From Octopus sinensis (lineage: Eukaryota): 64,000 nucleotides of DNA. Shown piece by piece: positions 25,470 to 39,065 of the stretch (position 1 is its first letter; every line of letters begins with the position of its first letter). The stretch covers positions 60,140,001 through 60,204,000 of the forward strand of contig NC_043006.1 in NCBI RefSeq assembly GCF_006345805.1, in the 5' to 3' direction. The notes under the pieces are model-generated. The model was not told where the DNA came from and did not search any database. It worked only from the letters and a program-made list of their open reading frames with translations. A program made the translations under genes and the position numbers.

Positions 25470-26210
25470 CTCCTTCCTTCAAACGGGAAGGAAGAGCTAT
25501 TTTCATCATCCTTGTGGCTATGGCGAAAGAATGTATCTGGTGGACGGTCTGAAAGGATTTGAGACAAACACTTTCCTCTCTGGTCAATCTCTCATCAACT
25601 TCTTCAAGTACCACTTGAAAAGGAAAGTGAGAGTAGAGAGGCAAGTTTTGTCTAGCGAATGTTTTAAAAAAAGATGGGTGAATGTAGCAAGGATGGCACG
25701 TATGAATGACGAAGCCACCTTGAGCATAATCCTATGAACCCAGAAATTGAAAACAGAGGGTTACCCACTTGCAAACAAATGTGTTAACATATAACAATAT
25801 TGACCGAGGTTACCGTGGTCTTTTTCGTAGGCTTTTCTTCCCACGGATAAACCTTACTTGCTTTCCCCTTTACACCATATATCATAACACTGTGATACAC
25901 GATCCCTATTGATCGTTCTTTTTTTTCCTCTTCCCCTTTTTTCTTTTTTTTTCTTCTTTTTTCATTTCTCTTTCCTTTTGTTCCTTTTCATTCTCTTTTT
26001 TTTCTTTTTATTCTTTTTATTTTATTCAATTTTGTTTTGTTTTTTTGTTGTTTTTGTTCTTTTCTTCCCTTTTACGATCCCTCTTGATCCAAAACCTACG
26101 CCACCCCTTTTTTTTTCTTTTGTTTTTTGTTCTCTTTATCCCCCAAAAGAAAAGCTCTACCTTGTAACTTGTCCCATCTGTGTGCAGCCCTGTGTGGCCA
26201 ATTAAGAAAC

Positions 26211-26211
<1 letters not shown>
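25470..26211 (+). mobile_element. Second 5'-truncated Tx1-type LINE copy with the same truncation point as 21896
   Basis: Same 5' junction (TATCTCCTTCC) and nearly the same 3'UTR as 21896-22631; the poly(A)-signal position reads AATTAA. Confidence 0.93.
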
Positions 26212-26278
<67 letters not shown>

Positions 26279-26279
26279 A

Positions 26280-26352
<73 letters not shown>

Positions 26353-26383
26353 GTCTGTCTGTCTGTGTGTCTGTCTGTGTGTA

Positions 26384-26421
<38 letters not shown>

Positions 26422-26554
26422 TCTATCTATCATACTGATTTCAAATTTTGGCACAAGGCTATCAATTTCGAAGGCGAGGATCAGTCAATCACATCGACCC
26501 CAGTGATTAACTGACACCGAATTGATGAAAGGCAAAGTCCACTTGGGCGGAAAT

Positions 26555-26905
26555 TATATATATAAGGCTTGGACCACGTGCCATCCGTCCACAACAAAAA
26601 TCTAAATCGCATCACATGACGACAATACGACACAACTATTTCACCTCAATTGAACCTGCTCTCTTCAACATTACACCAGGGCACGTCAAAAAAGAAACTG
26701 ATCACACAAAATTCAAGAAGTCTTTGGACAAATTCCTTCAAACAGTACCGGACAAACCACCCACACCCGGATATGTCTCCGCAAACAATAACTCTCTGCT
26801 CGAATGGGCCTTGGTGCCCAAATCCTGAACTGAAAGACTTCACCAGGTGGTGCCATTAAGTTAGACATGGCCTGGGCCAATACTGGCCAAAACCTTTCTA
26901 AGTTA
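26555..26905 (+). mobile_element. 3' end of a CR1/L2-group LINE
   Basis: LFNITP..FKKSLDKFLQTVPDKP..GYVSANNNSL is a typical ORF2 C-terminus; the tail is TTCTAAGTTATTCTAAGTT. The same 3' end occurs inverted at ~19505-19580. Confidence 0.65.
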
Positions 26906-26919
26906 TTCTAAGTTATTAT

Positions 26920-26983
26920 ACATACATATATATATATACATACACACATATATATATATACATACACACATATATATATATAT

Positions 26984-27034
<51 letters not shown>

Positions 27035-27964
27035 TATATATACATACATATATACAAGGTATGTAGAGTTATGTGTATGTGTATGTATGTATATATACAT
27101 ATGTGTAAATAGGTATATATGTGTATATTTATATGTATGTATCCGTCTGTATAATGGGTAACTGCATGTATATATATTTATTATTTATTATTTATTATTT
27201 GAGTATGCATGTATGTATATATGTATATGTTTGTATGCATATATGTATTTATGTATATAAGGATGCGCGTGTGTGTGTGTATGTGTATGCATATGTATAA
27301 ACATATGTATACATTTATGGATGTATGGGTATGTAGGTATGTATATGACTGGTGTAAGTATATATGTGTGTATGTATATGTAGGTATGCGCGTACGTGTA
27401 TGTATATGTGTATATGTGTATATATATATGTATATATATATATGTATATATATATGTGTATATGTATATATATATATGTGTATGTCTGTGTATGTATGTG
27501 CATATGTATATGTATATATATTTATTTGTGTATATGTATGGACTAGTCTTCTGTGGGTGTATAGATGTATGTGTATGCGTGTAGATATGAATTTGTAGGT
27601 ACGTGTACGTATGTGTATATACGTGCATGTATGTAGATGTATGTATGTATGAATATAACACGTGCGTGTGTGTATGTGTATGAGTGTACGTGTGAGGGTG
27701 TGTGCGTGTGTGAGTGTTTGTGTTCGTATCAGTGAGTAGAAAGATAGAAAGGAAGGGAGAGGGGCAATAAATGGACTCTTTAGACTAGTTCCCTTGGGAC
27801 GACATCACTTCAGTGCCGGGCTGGCTTGCCGAGGTCAAGATAAAAATAAAAATAAAAATAAAAACAAAAGTAAAAAATAAAAATAAAATTAAAATAAGGG
27901 AAGAAATGTGTGTGTATGTGTGTGCATGTATATGCATATGTATGTGTGTGTGTGTATATATATA

Positions 27965-28011
<47 letters not shown>

Positions 28012-28385
28012 GTATAGGTATGTATGTGTATGTATGCATATATATATGTGTATATGGGTGTGTGTATATATATGTGTGTGTATATATATATATATTTATA
28101 TGGATATGGGAGCGTGTGTGTATGGGGGTGTATATCCCCTTTTATATATATATGTGTGTAGACATATATAAGTGTATGTATGAGTATGGGTATGGGCGTG
28201 TACGTAGATACATGTATATGGGTACATATGTACATGTGTATATGGGTGTATGTGTGTATGTGTACGTATGTGTATGTGTATATATGTATATGTGTATGCA
28301 TGTATATGTGTGTATATGTATGTATGTATATGTATACATATGTGTATGTGTGTGTATGTATGTGTATATGTACATGTGTGTATAT

Positions 28386-28439
<54 letters not shown>

Positions 28440-28450
28440 GTATATGTATA
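26920..28450. repeat. Degenerate TA/TG low-complexity array
   Basis: Read directly from the sequence; a similar tract lies at 18590-18900 upstream of the other Penelope-like repeat. Confidence 0.9.
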
Positions 28451-28792
28451 AGTGAGAGTCTCCTTATTTACCTAAAACTCTATTTTTCTATTTATTCTTT
28501 TATTCTTTTATTTATTATTTTATCTACTTTACCACCGATTCCTTTGATCACTCCCCTAAGAATGATAGTTTGCGCCATGCCTACCCCAAAAAAGTCCCCC
28601 ACCACCACCCCTTTAAACCTGCCTAAATGTATAAATGCCAAAACTACTCTTGTCACCTAGCTTCCTGGTGATTTCTTTTGAATGAAACAGTTCTAGTCCT
28701 GTAGAAGCTCCTTCTAAAATAAATTAATTTACTCTGCTATGTATTGAGTACCTTATTTACTGTGGTTAACCCCGACTCAACCCGGGACCTAC
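28450..28792 (+). mobile_element. Penelope-like pseudo-LTR / terminal repeat, copy 2
   Basis: Colinear with 18905-19406: TATAAA 28630, hammerhead 28659, AATAAA 28718, same 3' end. Confidence 0.55.
28659..28709 (+). ncRNA. Paralogous hammerhead motif with a core variant (CUGGUGA)
   Basis: Same stems as 19270-19320; the core at 28665-28671 reads CTGGTGA instead of CTGANGA. Confidence 0.6.
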
Positions 28793-29172
28793 ATATATAT
28801 ATATTATATATATATTATATATATATATATATTATATATATATGTATACACACATACATATGTACACATAATGTTGAATGGTCGTTTACTACTCATGAGC
28901 TCTTCCGCCCTTAGATCCTTAGATATGTCTTACTTTCTGTCCTGTAGGGTGTCCAACAATCACCTCCTCACTAAGTAAGCTTGCTGGGGTTGCCAGTTTA
29001 GTCACGATCCTGTTGTCTGCTAGAGGATGGCAGGGGATTACTTCTCCTGCTAGCAATATATATGTTATATACAGGGTGCAGCGCCGCACTGATAACCAAC
29101 TGGCTGAAGATCTGCCTAGGGTTAAACTAGTAGTAAGATGGAACAGCGACTTTGATGTGGCGATTAACTTTA

Positions 29173-29225
<53 letters not shown>

Positions 29226-29383
29226 GTATGTATGTATGTTTGTGTGTGTGTGTGTGTATATTCGTCAACCGATGAGAAGATTGCATTTTACACCGTATAA
29301 TTACTTTGGAATAAAACCATGTTGTCTTCGAAACATATGCCGAAAGTAAAAGAATTTTAATAACATCTTCGTTCAACTCCATT

Positions 29384-29419
<36 letters not shown>

Positions 29420-29433
29420 ATATAATATATATA

Positions 29434-29574
<141 letters not shown>

Positions 29575-29962
29575 ATATATATATATCTACATGTATGGTA
29601 TGTATGCATATATACATGTATCTATATTTGAATGTATGTCTGTGTTTTGCTGACTCTGTCGCTAAATTCTAGCAAATTCTTTTTTCGAAAACTGAAATAC
29701 CGAATCATAACTCTGAGTAAGTCTCTCTTCGTGCAAATACAAAATCTTCAGATATTACAAATATGTACTTACACAGATATATACAACATATGTTTGTATA
29801 TAGATTAACTAGATTTATGTGTATATAAAATTTTGGGTTGATGGAGATATATAATCGAAGCGGGTACCGATATGCACTTACGTACCCTAAGTTGGTTGGT
29901 TTAGATATTCTTCGTACGCATATGTATGTATATGTACACGCGCGTACATACATGCACCTACA

Positions 29963-30023
<61 letters not shown>

Positions 30024-31878
30024 CTTGTATGTTTCTGTGTGCGTTTGTCTTGTAGAAGACACAGACTTCAAAACCTCTTGTATTGATTCCTGTAACATAT
30101 AATGCCTTTGAGGAAAATAGTAATAGTCGTCCTGGTGATACTAGAGTATTTTTGTTCTTTAACTGTATTTTCTGAGTTCTGATTCGATCGTGCATTTAAC
30201 ATTCCAAGATCAATAACTCAAGTACTTTTGCTAGACTTGTGTATATTCTGAGTTAACTTTAGAAAGGTAACTCTGTAGTTTCGCATTAATTATTTACAAA
30301 AGAATCATTAGCACTTATTTTACTAAAAATCATGTGGGGAAAGGAAATACGATATAAGGTAGTATCAAATACAATGTAGTTTTAGAGGTGTTATACTAAA
30401 CATTTTAATACGTGTTATTGATTTCATGTATAGAAACGTAACCATGAATTTCAGTGGGGAAGTGGGTGTTTAATTGATTGTATCGACCTCAGTGACTGAT
30501 ACTTTCTCTTTCGATATTGAAATGATGAAAGGCAAAAGTCGACCGTAGCAGGAATTGAACGTAAAAATGCTGAACTAAACATTGTAGAACAAATTGTCCA
30601 ACACGCGACTGATTGTGCCAATCTGCTGTCCCATAATGTTCTTTATTGCCAGAATACAATATTGAGGCAAAGTTATGTGATGCGAGGTTTACTACTCGAG
30701 CCGAGCTTATTTTATTGACTCTCAGAAGTATAAAAGGCGAAGTTGAGATAGAAGAAATCTGAAGTCAGGAACCAGAAGGATGAAACTAAATTATATTCTT
30801 CGCCATTTCTTGTTGCTATTCTCTATCGTTTAACCACGGAGTTCTGTCACTCAATACGACCAGCTTTTGCATTGATATTGCTTTAAGATTTGACATGAAT
30901 TGTGACATTCAATACTGTCAGACTGTATCAACAGGAAATCTTCTTTCATTCCTGGCTAAAATAATGGAAGCGGAATAAATTTGATTTGGAGAAACTATTA
31001 GTCTAGGCATAAGTTGATGATAATGAATTTATATGGACAACAGACTCGTCGTGTTATTGATTAACTAGAAAATTTAATGGAAATGTCTGTTAGTGTGTTT
31101 ATGTGAGTGTAATTATGAGCATATATCGGCACAATTTTTTTTGATATGGAATACTAATAAATTGCTTTAGAAAAGTGTCTATACATGTTTATATTACTTC
31201 ATAAGTTAATTAGCGAAGGAGCAGTCACCGTTTGTATATGCAAATAGATGTAAGATGGATAGTTATGTATGCAAGCTAATCTAGAAATTTAAATGTGAAC
31301 ATGAGTACATATTTACACATAAAATTCATTACTTAAGTCTGTATAACGTGGAGCTTATTTAACTTAAAGTATGAATATAGAAGGATAAGAGTTATACAGA
31401 AAATGTGTATAAAATTATATATAAAAATGAATACATAAATATGTAAATATATTAATGGCTGCATATGTGAGTGCATAATCAAAATAATTGTATTTGGATG
31501 GGACACAACTGAAAACAGATAATTCTATTTCAAGCTACTTTGCATCGTGTTCACCTACTTTACAGTAGACATAGATATCTTTGGCGCCCACATTACTCAA
31601 TACTGATACACAAAGATTGACAGAGACGCTTCTGATTCCTGTAAACCAATACACACACATGCCCACACCTATGGATATGTATGTATCTATGCGTGTATAT
31701 GTACGTACGTACGAACTTATGTATGTATGTATGTATGTATGTATGTATGTATGTATGTATGTATGTATGTATGTATGTAGGTCTGTATGTATATATGTAT
31801 GAATGTATGTATGTATATATATCTATATGTTTATTATAAATTATATATTATATGTGTAATATATATTATATACATATA

Positions 31879-33146
31879 CAGGATGGGGAAGAAAATTTGC
31901 AATATTTTGAGGCAGGGATTGAAAGACAGTGTATGACCAATTTGTTTATTGAAAGTCATGAGACAATTTACATAATAGAAATATTTTTATACTATGTATC
32001 CTCCTTCTTTCTCAATAACTGCCTTCACACGCTTCCTGAGACTTGCACAGGCGTTCCTCAAATATTCGGGAGACAACTTCTCCCAATCTTCTTTAGTATC
32101 TTTAAGGAAGTCGACATTGCTGTGTGATATTCTATTGGTAGCATGTTCTAAAATGCCCCAAATAGCATAATCCAGAGAGTTTAGATCTGGGCTAGAAGGC
32201 GGCCATAAACATGATTCCAAAAAATTGCTAAAGTTGGATTTGCAGAAATCTTGTATTTTTCTAGCTGTGTGGGCTGGAGCACCATCCTGTGTCCATACAT
32301 AATTACCATCTGGGTAGTTTGCTTTAAGCCATGGCAATAGCTGGTATTTCAGAGTCTTGTAGTAAGTATTAACATTGATCTTTTCATCAGCTTTGTAGAA
32401 TTTTATTGGCATTTTCTTTCTATCGGAAGCCACAACACCAAAAACCATAACTTGAGCAGGATCTTTTGTTTTGAATGTCCCCTTAACCTCAGCTGTTGAT
32501 TTTGCGATAAATCTGTCATTTCTGCTGTTCAGAACAGCATCGACAGTGAAGATCTTTTCATTTGAAAAGATCGTTACAATGGAGGACTATTTCTTGAACC
32601 AGGTAATAATTTTCTTGCACCTCTCCAATCTGTTTTCCTTCATAGCTGTTGTCAACAAGTGTTTTGGTGTTCTTGTGTAAGATTTTAACCTCAAATCATA
32701 TTTTACAGCATTTCTAATGGTCGTGTTGTCTACCTCAAGTTCAATTGCCATTTTTCACATGGATCTGGTTGGATCCTTTAGGAGTTTGGATTTGAGAACT
32801 TTAATAAAAGCTTTGGTATGTTTTTTGTTGATTCCTCAACTTCCAGACTTACTCGTAATAGTTTTGCTCATAGTCATTCTATTCTTTACATTATAAATAG
32901 TCTTTATGGACACTCCAACTATTTTTGAAATCTCTTTTGGTGTGACGAGTGCATTCAGAAAATCACACACTCTTTGACTTTTGCTTTCCTGATTACTCAT
33001 ATGGGCAAATGTTTCTGAAAAGGTAAGTATAATAGTGTTAGGTATGAGTATGACATCAATATATGCTAGGTTTCAAAATAATTGATTTAGTGTCTCCTGA
33101 GAAAAAATAACTTAACGTTCATTGTAAATTTTGCTTCCCCTCCCTG
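31879..33146 (-). mobile_element. Full-length inactive Tc1/mariner-superfamily transposon, DD37D (maT) type
   Basis: Imperfect TIRs CAGGATGGGGAAGAAAATTTGCAAT and (reverse complement of right end) CAGGGAGGGGAAGCAAAATTTACAAT, each flanked by TA. The transposase runs from ATG 33000 to 31987 with three in-frame stops in its N-terminal half. QDGAPAH..SPDLNSLD has 37 residues between the 2nd and 3rd Asp; the first Asp reads Asn (IFSNE). Confidence 0.92.
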
Positions 33147-33269
33147 TACACGTACATACATACATATATACATACATACACACACATATACATACATGCA
33201 CAGACACATATATGTATTTATTATGTATGTATGTATGCATTATGTATGTATGTATGCATATATATATAT

Positions 33270-34260
33270 ATTGCTCTTAGAGACTGTCTTGGGGTCACTA
33301 CTGTTTATGGTATATCTCTCAGACATGCTATCAATTACACAGACAGCCACTCTTAATATTTATGATCATGATACAAGAGTAGGAAAATTAGTCAAGGAAC
33401 CTTTCGATGATAATATTCTACAGAAAGACCTAGACACCTTATATAAATGGACTACAGAAAATAGCATGCAATTTAATGCAGAAAATTTCAAGCATTCTGC
33501 TATCATCCAGTTTGCACTAATATGCTGCAATAAAGATAGTTTGGATCACAAAGATTTGCAATCCCAGAGTCAAACATAGAGTGTGATCTGGGGATTAATA
33601 TGAGCAATGACTCCTCCTTCCATGTACATATCACCGTGATGGTGGAAATCTGCTGCCGAATGGCTGGATGGAATCTGAAAACTTTTAGAACAAGGGACTA
33701 GGAAACTATGTTAGCTCTATGGAGGACATTTGTCCTCATCTGTCTGAACATTTGTCCTCAGCCGTCTGGACATTTGTCTTCAGTCGTCTAGACTATTGCT
33801 TTCTACTGTGGTCAAATTAATGGCAGAAATTGAAGCAGTTCAGCAGTGCTACATCAGGAAGATTGCATCAATGGAACAGCTGAGCTACTGAGAGAGACTG
33901 AAAGAGTTACGACTCTACTCCATGTAGCGAAGACGGATGAGATGTGCGGTGGTATACATATGGAAGATTCTTGAGGGTTTGCAACTAAACTTAGGCATCG
34001 GAAGTTATACCAGCCCCTGAACTGCACGTCACTAGACTATTCCAAAGGCATCACCCATCCTGTCCAGAGTGAGGATCGGGTTCTGCAATAGTTTAGGATT
34101 CAAAGGCCTATATCTATTTAATATCTTGCCAAAATATCTACATGGAGTATAGGTAGATATTTTCAAGAAACAGTTTGACCTCCAGCTGTCCAAGGTCCAA
34201 TATGAACCTACTTCACAGCAAGAAATTCAGAGGAAGGCATATCAAGCTTCCTCCTACGCC
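33270..34260 (+). mobile_element. Decayed CR1/L2-group LINE fragment (RT C-terminal half)
   Basis: VLGSLLFMVYLSDM..IYDHDTR (decayed YADD)..LQKDLDTLYKWTTENSMQFN, then DLGIIMS..LDYC..IEAVQ..LSY*ERLKELRLYS..WKILEG with stops and frameshifts. Confidence 0.8.
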
Positions 34261-34424
34261 AATAGTAAATCACAAAGGCGGTTCTCCAGCATGGCCACAA
34301 TCTTTGGGCTGAAATGCACAAAAGATAAATTAATAAATTAACCTCTGATGAGAGTCCAATAAGATACGAAAATTGATTAAGATTTTTTTTCAATCTACGG
34401 AAAATAGATAAATATGACCTGTTC

Positions 34425-34493
<69 letters not shown>

Positions 34494-34799
34494 TATATGA
34501 AATTAAACGACGCGGGAACAAGAATTACGCAATATATCTATCACCTTTCTACAGATAGAAGAATGTTTTATATTCTTTGAGTGGATATATTCATATATTC
34601 ATATACGTGTTTTCAAAATTTTAGAATAAATGTAAGTTATTCAGAAATCACGTAGAAAGTGTGTTTTCACATAGCATATAAATTGATGGTACAGGGATAT
34701 TTTATTAGACTACAGTTCCATCACTAGTTTAAGTTCTTATGAGATCATAAGAATGATCTATTTCATCTGCCTCCATAAAGCTAAATTGACGGTGTTGTA

Positions 34800-35110
34800 G
34801 AGTGCCAGAACTTTATTAAGTACTTGCGAAAGTGTTGGTATTTGCCAAAAATTCAGAACGAGTATTTAGGTATTTCTTTGAAGTTTTTATGCTGTTTAAC
34901 ATTGTAGCTTTTTCAACCGAGCATATTTGATAGTGTCCTATGTCATTGATATACGGTTTGCATTGCTACCGGATCTTCCATTTTATGTTGTGTTCGTTGT
35001 TAGTTTCTTTTGACTACCAAATATTGTTGAAGAATACAATCAATGACCTCTTCTTATTTCTGAAGGAACCAGTTAACGTATCTTTGTTTAAATCTTCCAA
35101 AGTGTGATAT
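34800..35110 (-). pseudogene. Decayed GIY-YIG endonuclease fragment of a Penelope-like element
   Basis: Minus-strand translation GRFKQRY / SFRNKK..IW*SKE..HNIKWKIR*QCKPY..QICSVEK..LNTRSE resembles the PLE GIY-YIG C-terminal pattern as I recall it. Confidence 0.55.
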
Positions 35111-36025
35111 AATATTCAGATGAAAGTAAAACTTTAATATTACGAATCTGAATTTCATATTTCGCCTTTAGATCCTATATTTGAAGAGACAAAAGGTGAA
35201 TCTTGATTTCGGCTTCAATAAAATATTATCAGAAATGTCGTAAACCATTGATTGGTTCGTAGGTAACCTATAACCAATGTCGTCATTGTTCAACAAATAC
35301 GATATATAAAGTAAAAATCAACACGCAGATTGAATCAAAATAACAGTAATATTGTTCAATAGAATCACACAACTTTAATATCAATATTGGAATAAAACAA
35401 TTTATTCAAGTAAATGTTTGGTTTTTCTATTTGGTTTACAAAATTCCTGATGAAAAATCGTATATTGAAACATGTTCTATTGTATCTTGGGAGAGTCGCT
35501 TTGCCAAAAATAAATATACACACTGGCTCTACTTCACTTCTTTTATTCTTATTAGTCAACTGGTTAACTATTTGATAATTTAACTAATCAGGTGCATGAT
35601 AAATCGTTCGATCAATCAACCAGTCAGCTTGACATGTCATTTATTTCGTTGCCATACGCGCCCTTTTCAGCGACATACCCTCTCCACTCCAGGTCTACCT
35701 ATCTCCTAGTTTACAAATTCTATTATCGGCATAAGGATCCTCCAAAGATACAACGAAATCAAATAAGGAAACTATAAATTATCTCTACACTTCAGAGAAA
35801 CGGTACGCTCTCAGAAGAGTTCATTATGTTCAGTTTTCCGGAGGAGTGAAGAAACTAAGTTTTCCTGCCTTGATCTTTTCCTGTAATTCTTTCAACATAC
35901 GGCCTACAATGTGTCGGGGAAAAGATTGGGGCGGCAGTTGAATTTGTACACTCTTTTCTTGGCCCCTCAATATAGCCAATCCCGAAGAAGATATATATAT
36001 ATATGGAATGGAGTGAAAGAGAGAG

Positions 36026-36067
<42 letters not shown>

Positions 36068-36699
36068 ACGGGGAAGTGAAATCAACCCTAGTATTCTAAT
36101 TGTATTTTTATCGTCCACGAAAGCAAAGTTTCTCAGGCTGAGATTTAAATTCAAGGCATTATAATCTAACGACTGCCACTTCATTTAATGATAGGAAGTG
36201 ATATTGCTTTGGTTGTGGACCAAGTTGCTGGCAGTGAAACACTTCTATTAAATCCATTCTATATTATAAAGATTGCTGCAGAGAGTTCGGCTTCTTCAAA
36301 TATTTTGTTTCTTAAAGATTCTGTTGTGTATGATATTTTCATAACCAATATGAAACAAATGTTTTGCAACATAAGTTTAAGTCCTATTCAAATACTGGTG
36401 TCGGTTTAGGAGGCTTTGCTCAACCCTGTGAATTGAGCGGTGGGTCGTTAGAGTCTTACAAAAATGTCTCATGGCATTTCTTCGGACACTTTGGCATTCA
36501 GAGTTGAAATCTCGATGAGTTTAAGCTTGCTTTTCATCCTTCCTTGATTAAGAAAATGAAGCATCATTCCAGAATTGGCTTCGGCTTAATCGACGGATAC
36601 TGGTGATTCTCGGTGACTGCAGTTGAATATACCAAACCAATCTTAGTGATTCTTGCACTTTAAGTTCAGATGTGAATTTGTTGGGGTGGAGAAAAGATC

Positions 36700-37230
36700 T
36701 GTGTATAACGGTTTAGTGAATTTCAAATCAGATCTTATTTGTAGTCAATTGCTTTCATGTTCTTTATAGTCCTTTACAGCAGAAGTTCGTATCCTCCTCA
36801 TCCTGCACTTTATCTTTTCTTCCATCTCCCACACCCAGTTTGCTGAAATCACGTTAGACACATCCAAGCTTTCTTTAAGTGTTACTTTGAGCACATTGGA
36901 AATCCTCACTACTCTTCGTTCAGTATTTTGCTACTTTCCTCTTAAGCCGATCCGCTTTTTGATACATTCTACATCCAAAGAGGCATGTAACTTTGTAACA
37001 TACACCTGTCCCGATTCTTCGACTGAAATCGATCTGTCTAAAATCTTCCACAGTTTGCAATGCTAGAAAATAGCTCTTATTAGCATTTTTCATATCGAAT
37101 AAATTGCCGTTGCAGTTACTCTTGCAAATACTCTTATATCTATAGTGCAACTTAGTATTTTCTGCTCTCAGCGTGTGACTGTCTCTGCTCACGAATGTAT
37201 CATTTATCTGGTTCATTGTCAATTTTTAAC
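36700..37230 (-). pseudogene. Possible decayed GIY-YIG (Penelope-like) fragment
   Basis: GVCYKVTCLFGCRMY..RLKRK in ORF 36920-37222 resembles GVVYKIxCxxCxxxYIGxTxRxLxxR; heavily decayed. Confidence 0.35.
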
Positions 37231-37591
37231 TTTTATCTTCTCTCCTATCAAAGACAATTTATCTTCTTTTTTTTTTAAAGAAAAATTCACTTTTGCATAT
37301 TTGAAATGCTTTTCGACATTTTCTTTTGTATGAGAGAGGCGTATCCAGTGCTACAACATTTCTTGTTGATGCCTCTTACTGCCGCTCGAGCAGAAATAGA
37401 AGAAACAATACCGAAAAATGTAGAGAGAGGACAAGTTTTTCAAAACAATGAAATGATGTTTAAAAGACAGACAATTTGTTTACTCTAGGTATTGAAATAA
37501 ATGCTCTCAGTTTATGAAATTTTTATCCAGTAAAACTTGATAAAAATCCAGTTATCCAGTTTTCTCAGAGCTCTGAAAATACATTCATTTA

Positions 37592-37599
37592 CGCCAAAC

Positions 37600-37641
<42 letters not shown>

Positions 37642-38041
37642 TAATAATAATAATAACAACAACAATGATAATAATAATAATAACAATAACAATAACAAAA
37701 ACAATAATAATAATAATAATAACAACAACAACAACAACAACAACAATAATAATAATAATAATAATAATAACAATAATAACAACAACAACAACAATAATAA
37801 TAACAATAATAATAACAATAACAACAATAACAAGAACAACAATAATAATAACAATAATAACAATAATAATAATAACAATAATAACAATAACAACAGCAAC
37901 AACAATAATAATAAAGATAATAATAACAATAACAACAATAACAACAACAGCAACAATAATAATAATAATAATAACAATAATAACAATAACAACAACAATA
38001 ACAATAATAATAACAATAACAATAACAACAACAACAACAAC

Positions 38042-38072
<31 letters not shown>
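37592..38072. repeat. (AAT)/(AAC) trinucleotide array, ~480 bp
   Basis: Read directly from the sequence. Confidence 0.97.
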
Positions 38073-38073
<1 letters not shown>

Positions 38074-38689
38074 TCTGTTCTTTATTGTAACCAAACTGAT
38101 GAATAGGGAATATTACAAAGAGATGCTTCGTGTGAATTTTATATCAAATGAAAAATAAAGCGTTGATAAGGAAAAATAACATGGACTATATAAATGTAAA
38201 GATATATTATGTATAAATGTCCAGTAGAGGTTAGTTAGCTAAGATACTTTACAACGTGTTAGCTCCTAGCATACCGTTTGTGAGTAATTTTGCCCAATGT
38301 AGGAAGTGAAGCAACGAAGAAATGAGGGAAGTAGACAACTAAAGAGCCAGAGACAAAAAACAACAGTATAAAAAAAATACGTATTTTCAGAGCACCGTTA
38401 TTCATATCACTGAGCAGAACCAAAGAGATCAACCCCTGCTACTCGATGCCAGGAATTGACAAGTACTCTTTCTCGGCAACGACTTGACACACAATTCCAT
38501 ACACCGTGCTTCTTCAATGGTTTATATATATATATATCAAGTCATATAACAGTTAGGACTGAGAAAATTTAAAATTTCTTCCATTTTATGAGAAGCAGAG
38601 GTATATCACTCCTCTCCTTCTGCTTTCCTTGATTAATTTCTCAGGTATGTAGACATAGTTATTAGTTTTTTTTTTCGACATATCTCAGG

Positions 38690-39065
38690 TGCAGAAGACG
38701 TGGCCGTCTAGTAAGAAGCTTGTTTCCTAACCACATGGATCCGGGTTTAGTCCCACTACGTGGCACCCTGGGTAATTGTCTTCTGCTATAGCGTCGGATG
38801 ACCAAAGCCTTGTGAGTGGAGTTGGTAGATAGAAACTGGAAGAAGCCCATCGTGTATATATATGTCTGTGTGTGTGTGTGTTTGTTTATGTCTGTATTTG
38901 GCCCCTCCCCCCACCACTTGACAACCGGTGTTGGTGTGTTTACTTCCCCGTAACTTAACGATTTCGGCAAAAGCGGCCGATAGAATAAGTACCAGGCATA
39001 AAAAAGTCCTGGGTCGTCTAACAGCTCTTCAAGGTGTTGCCCCAGAATGGCCACAGTCTAATGAC
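38690..39065 (+). mobile_element. SINE family B, older copy
   Basis: Diverged but colinear with 6212-6690. Confidence 0.8.

Noticed and set aside
29105-29140. CTGAAGA..TAAACTAGT hammerhead-like string
   Set aside because: G12 is missing and there is no stem I complement.
33725-33790. Three ~21-bp direct repeats (GACATTTGTCCTCA..), superficially CRISPR-like
   Set aside because: There are no unique spacers; it is a local tandem triplication inside a decayed LINE in a eukaryotic context.
37585-38094. Poly-Leu and poly-Ile/Thr ORFs
   Set aside because: Artefacts of the (AAT)/(AAC) array.
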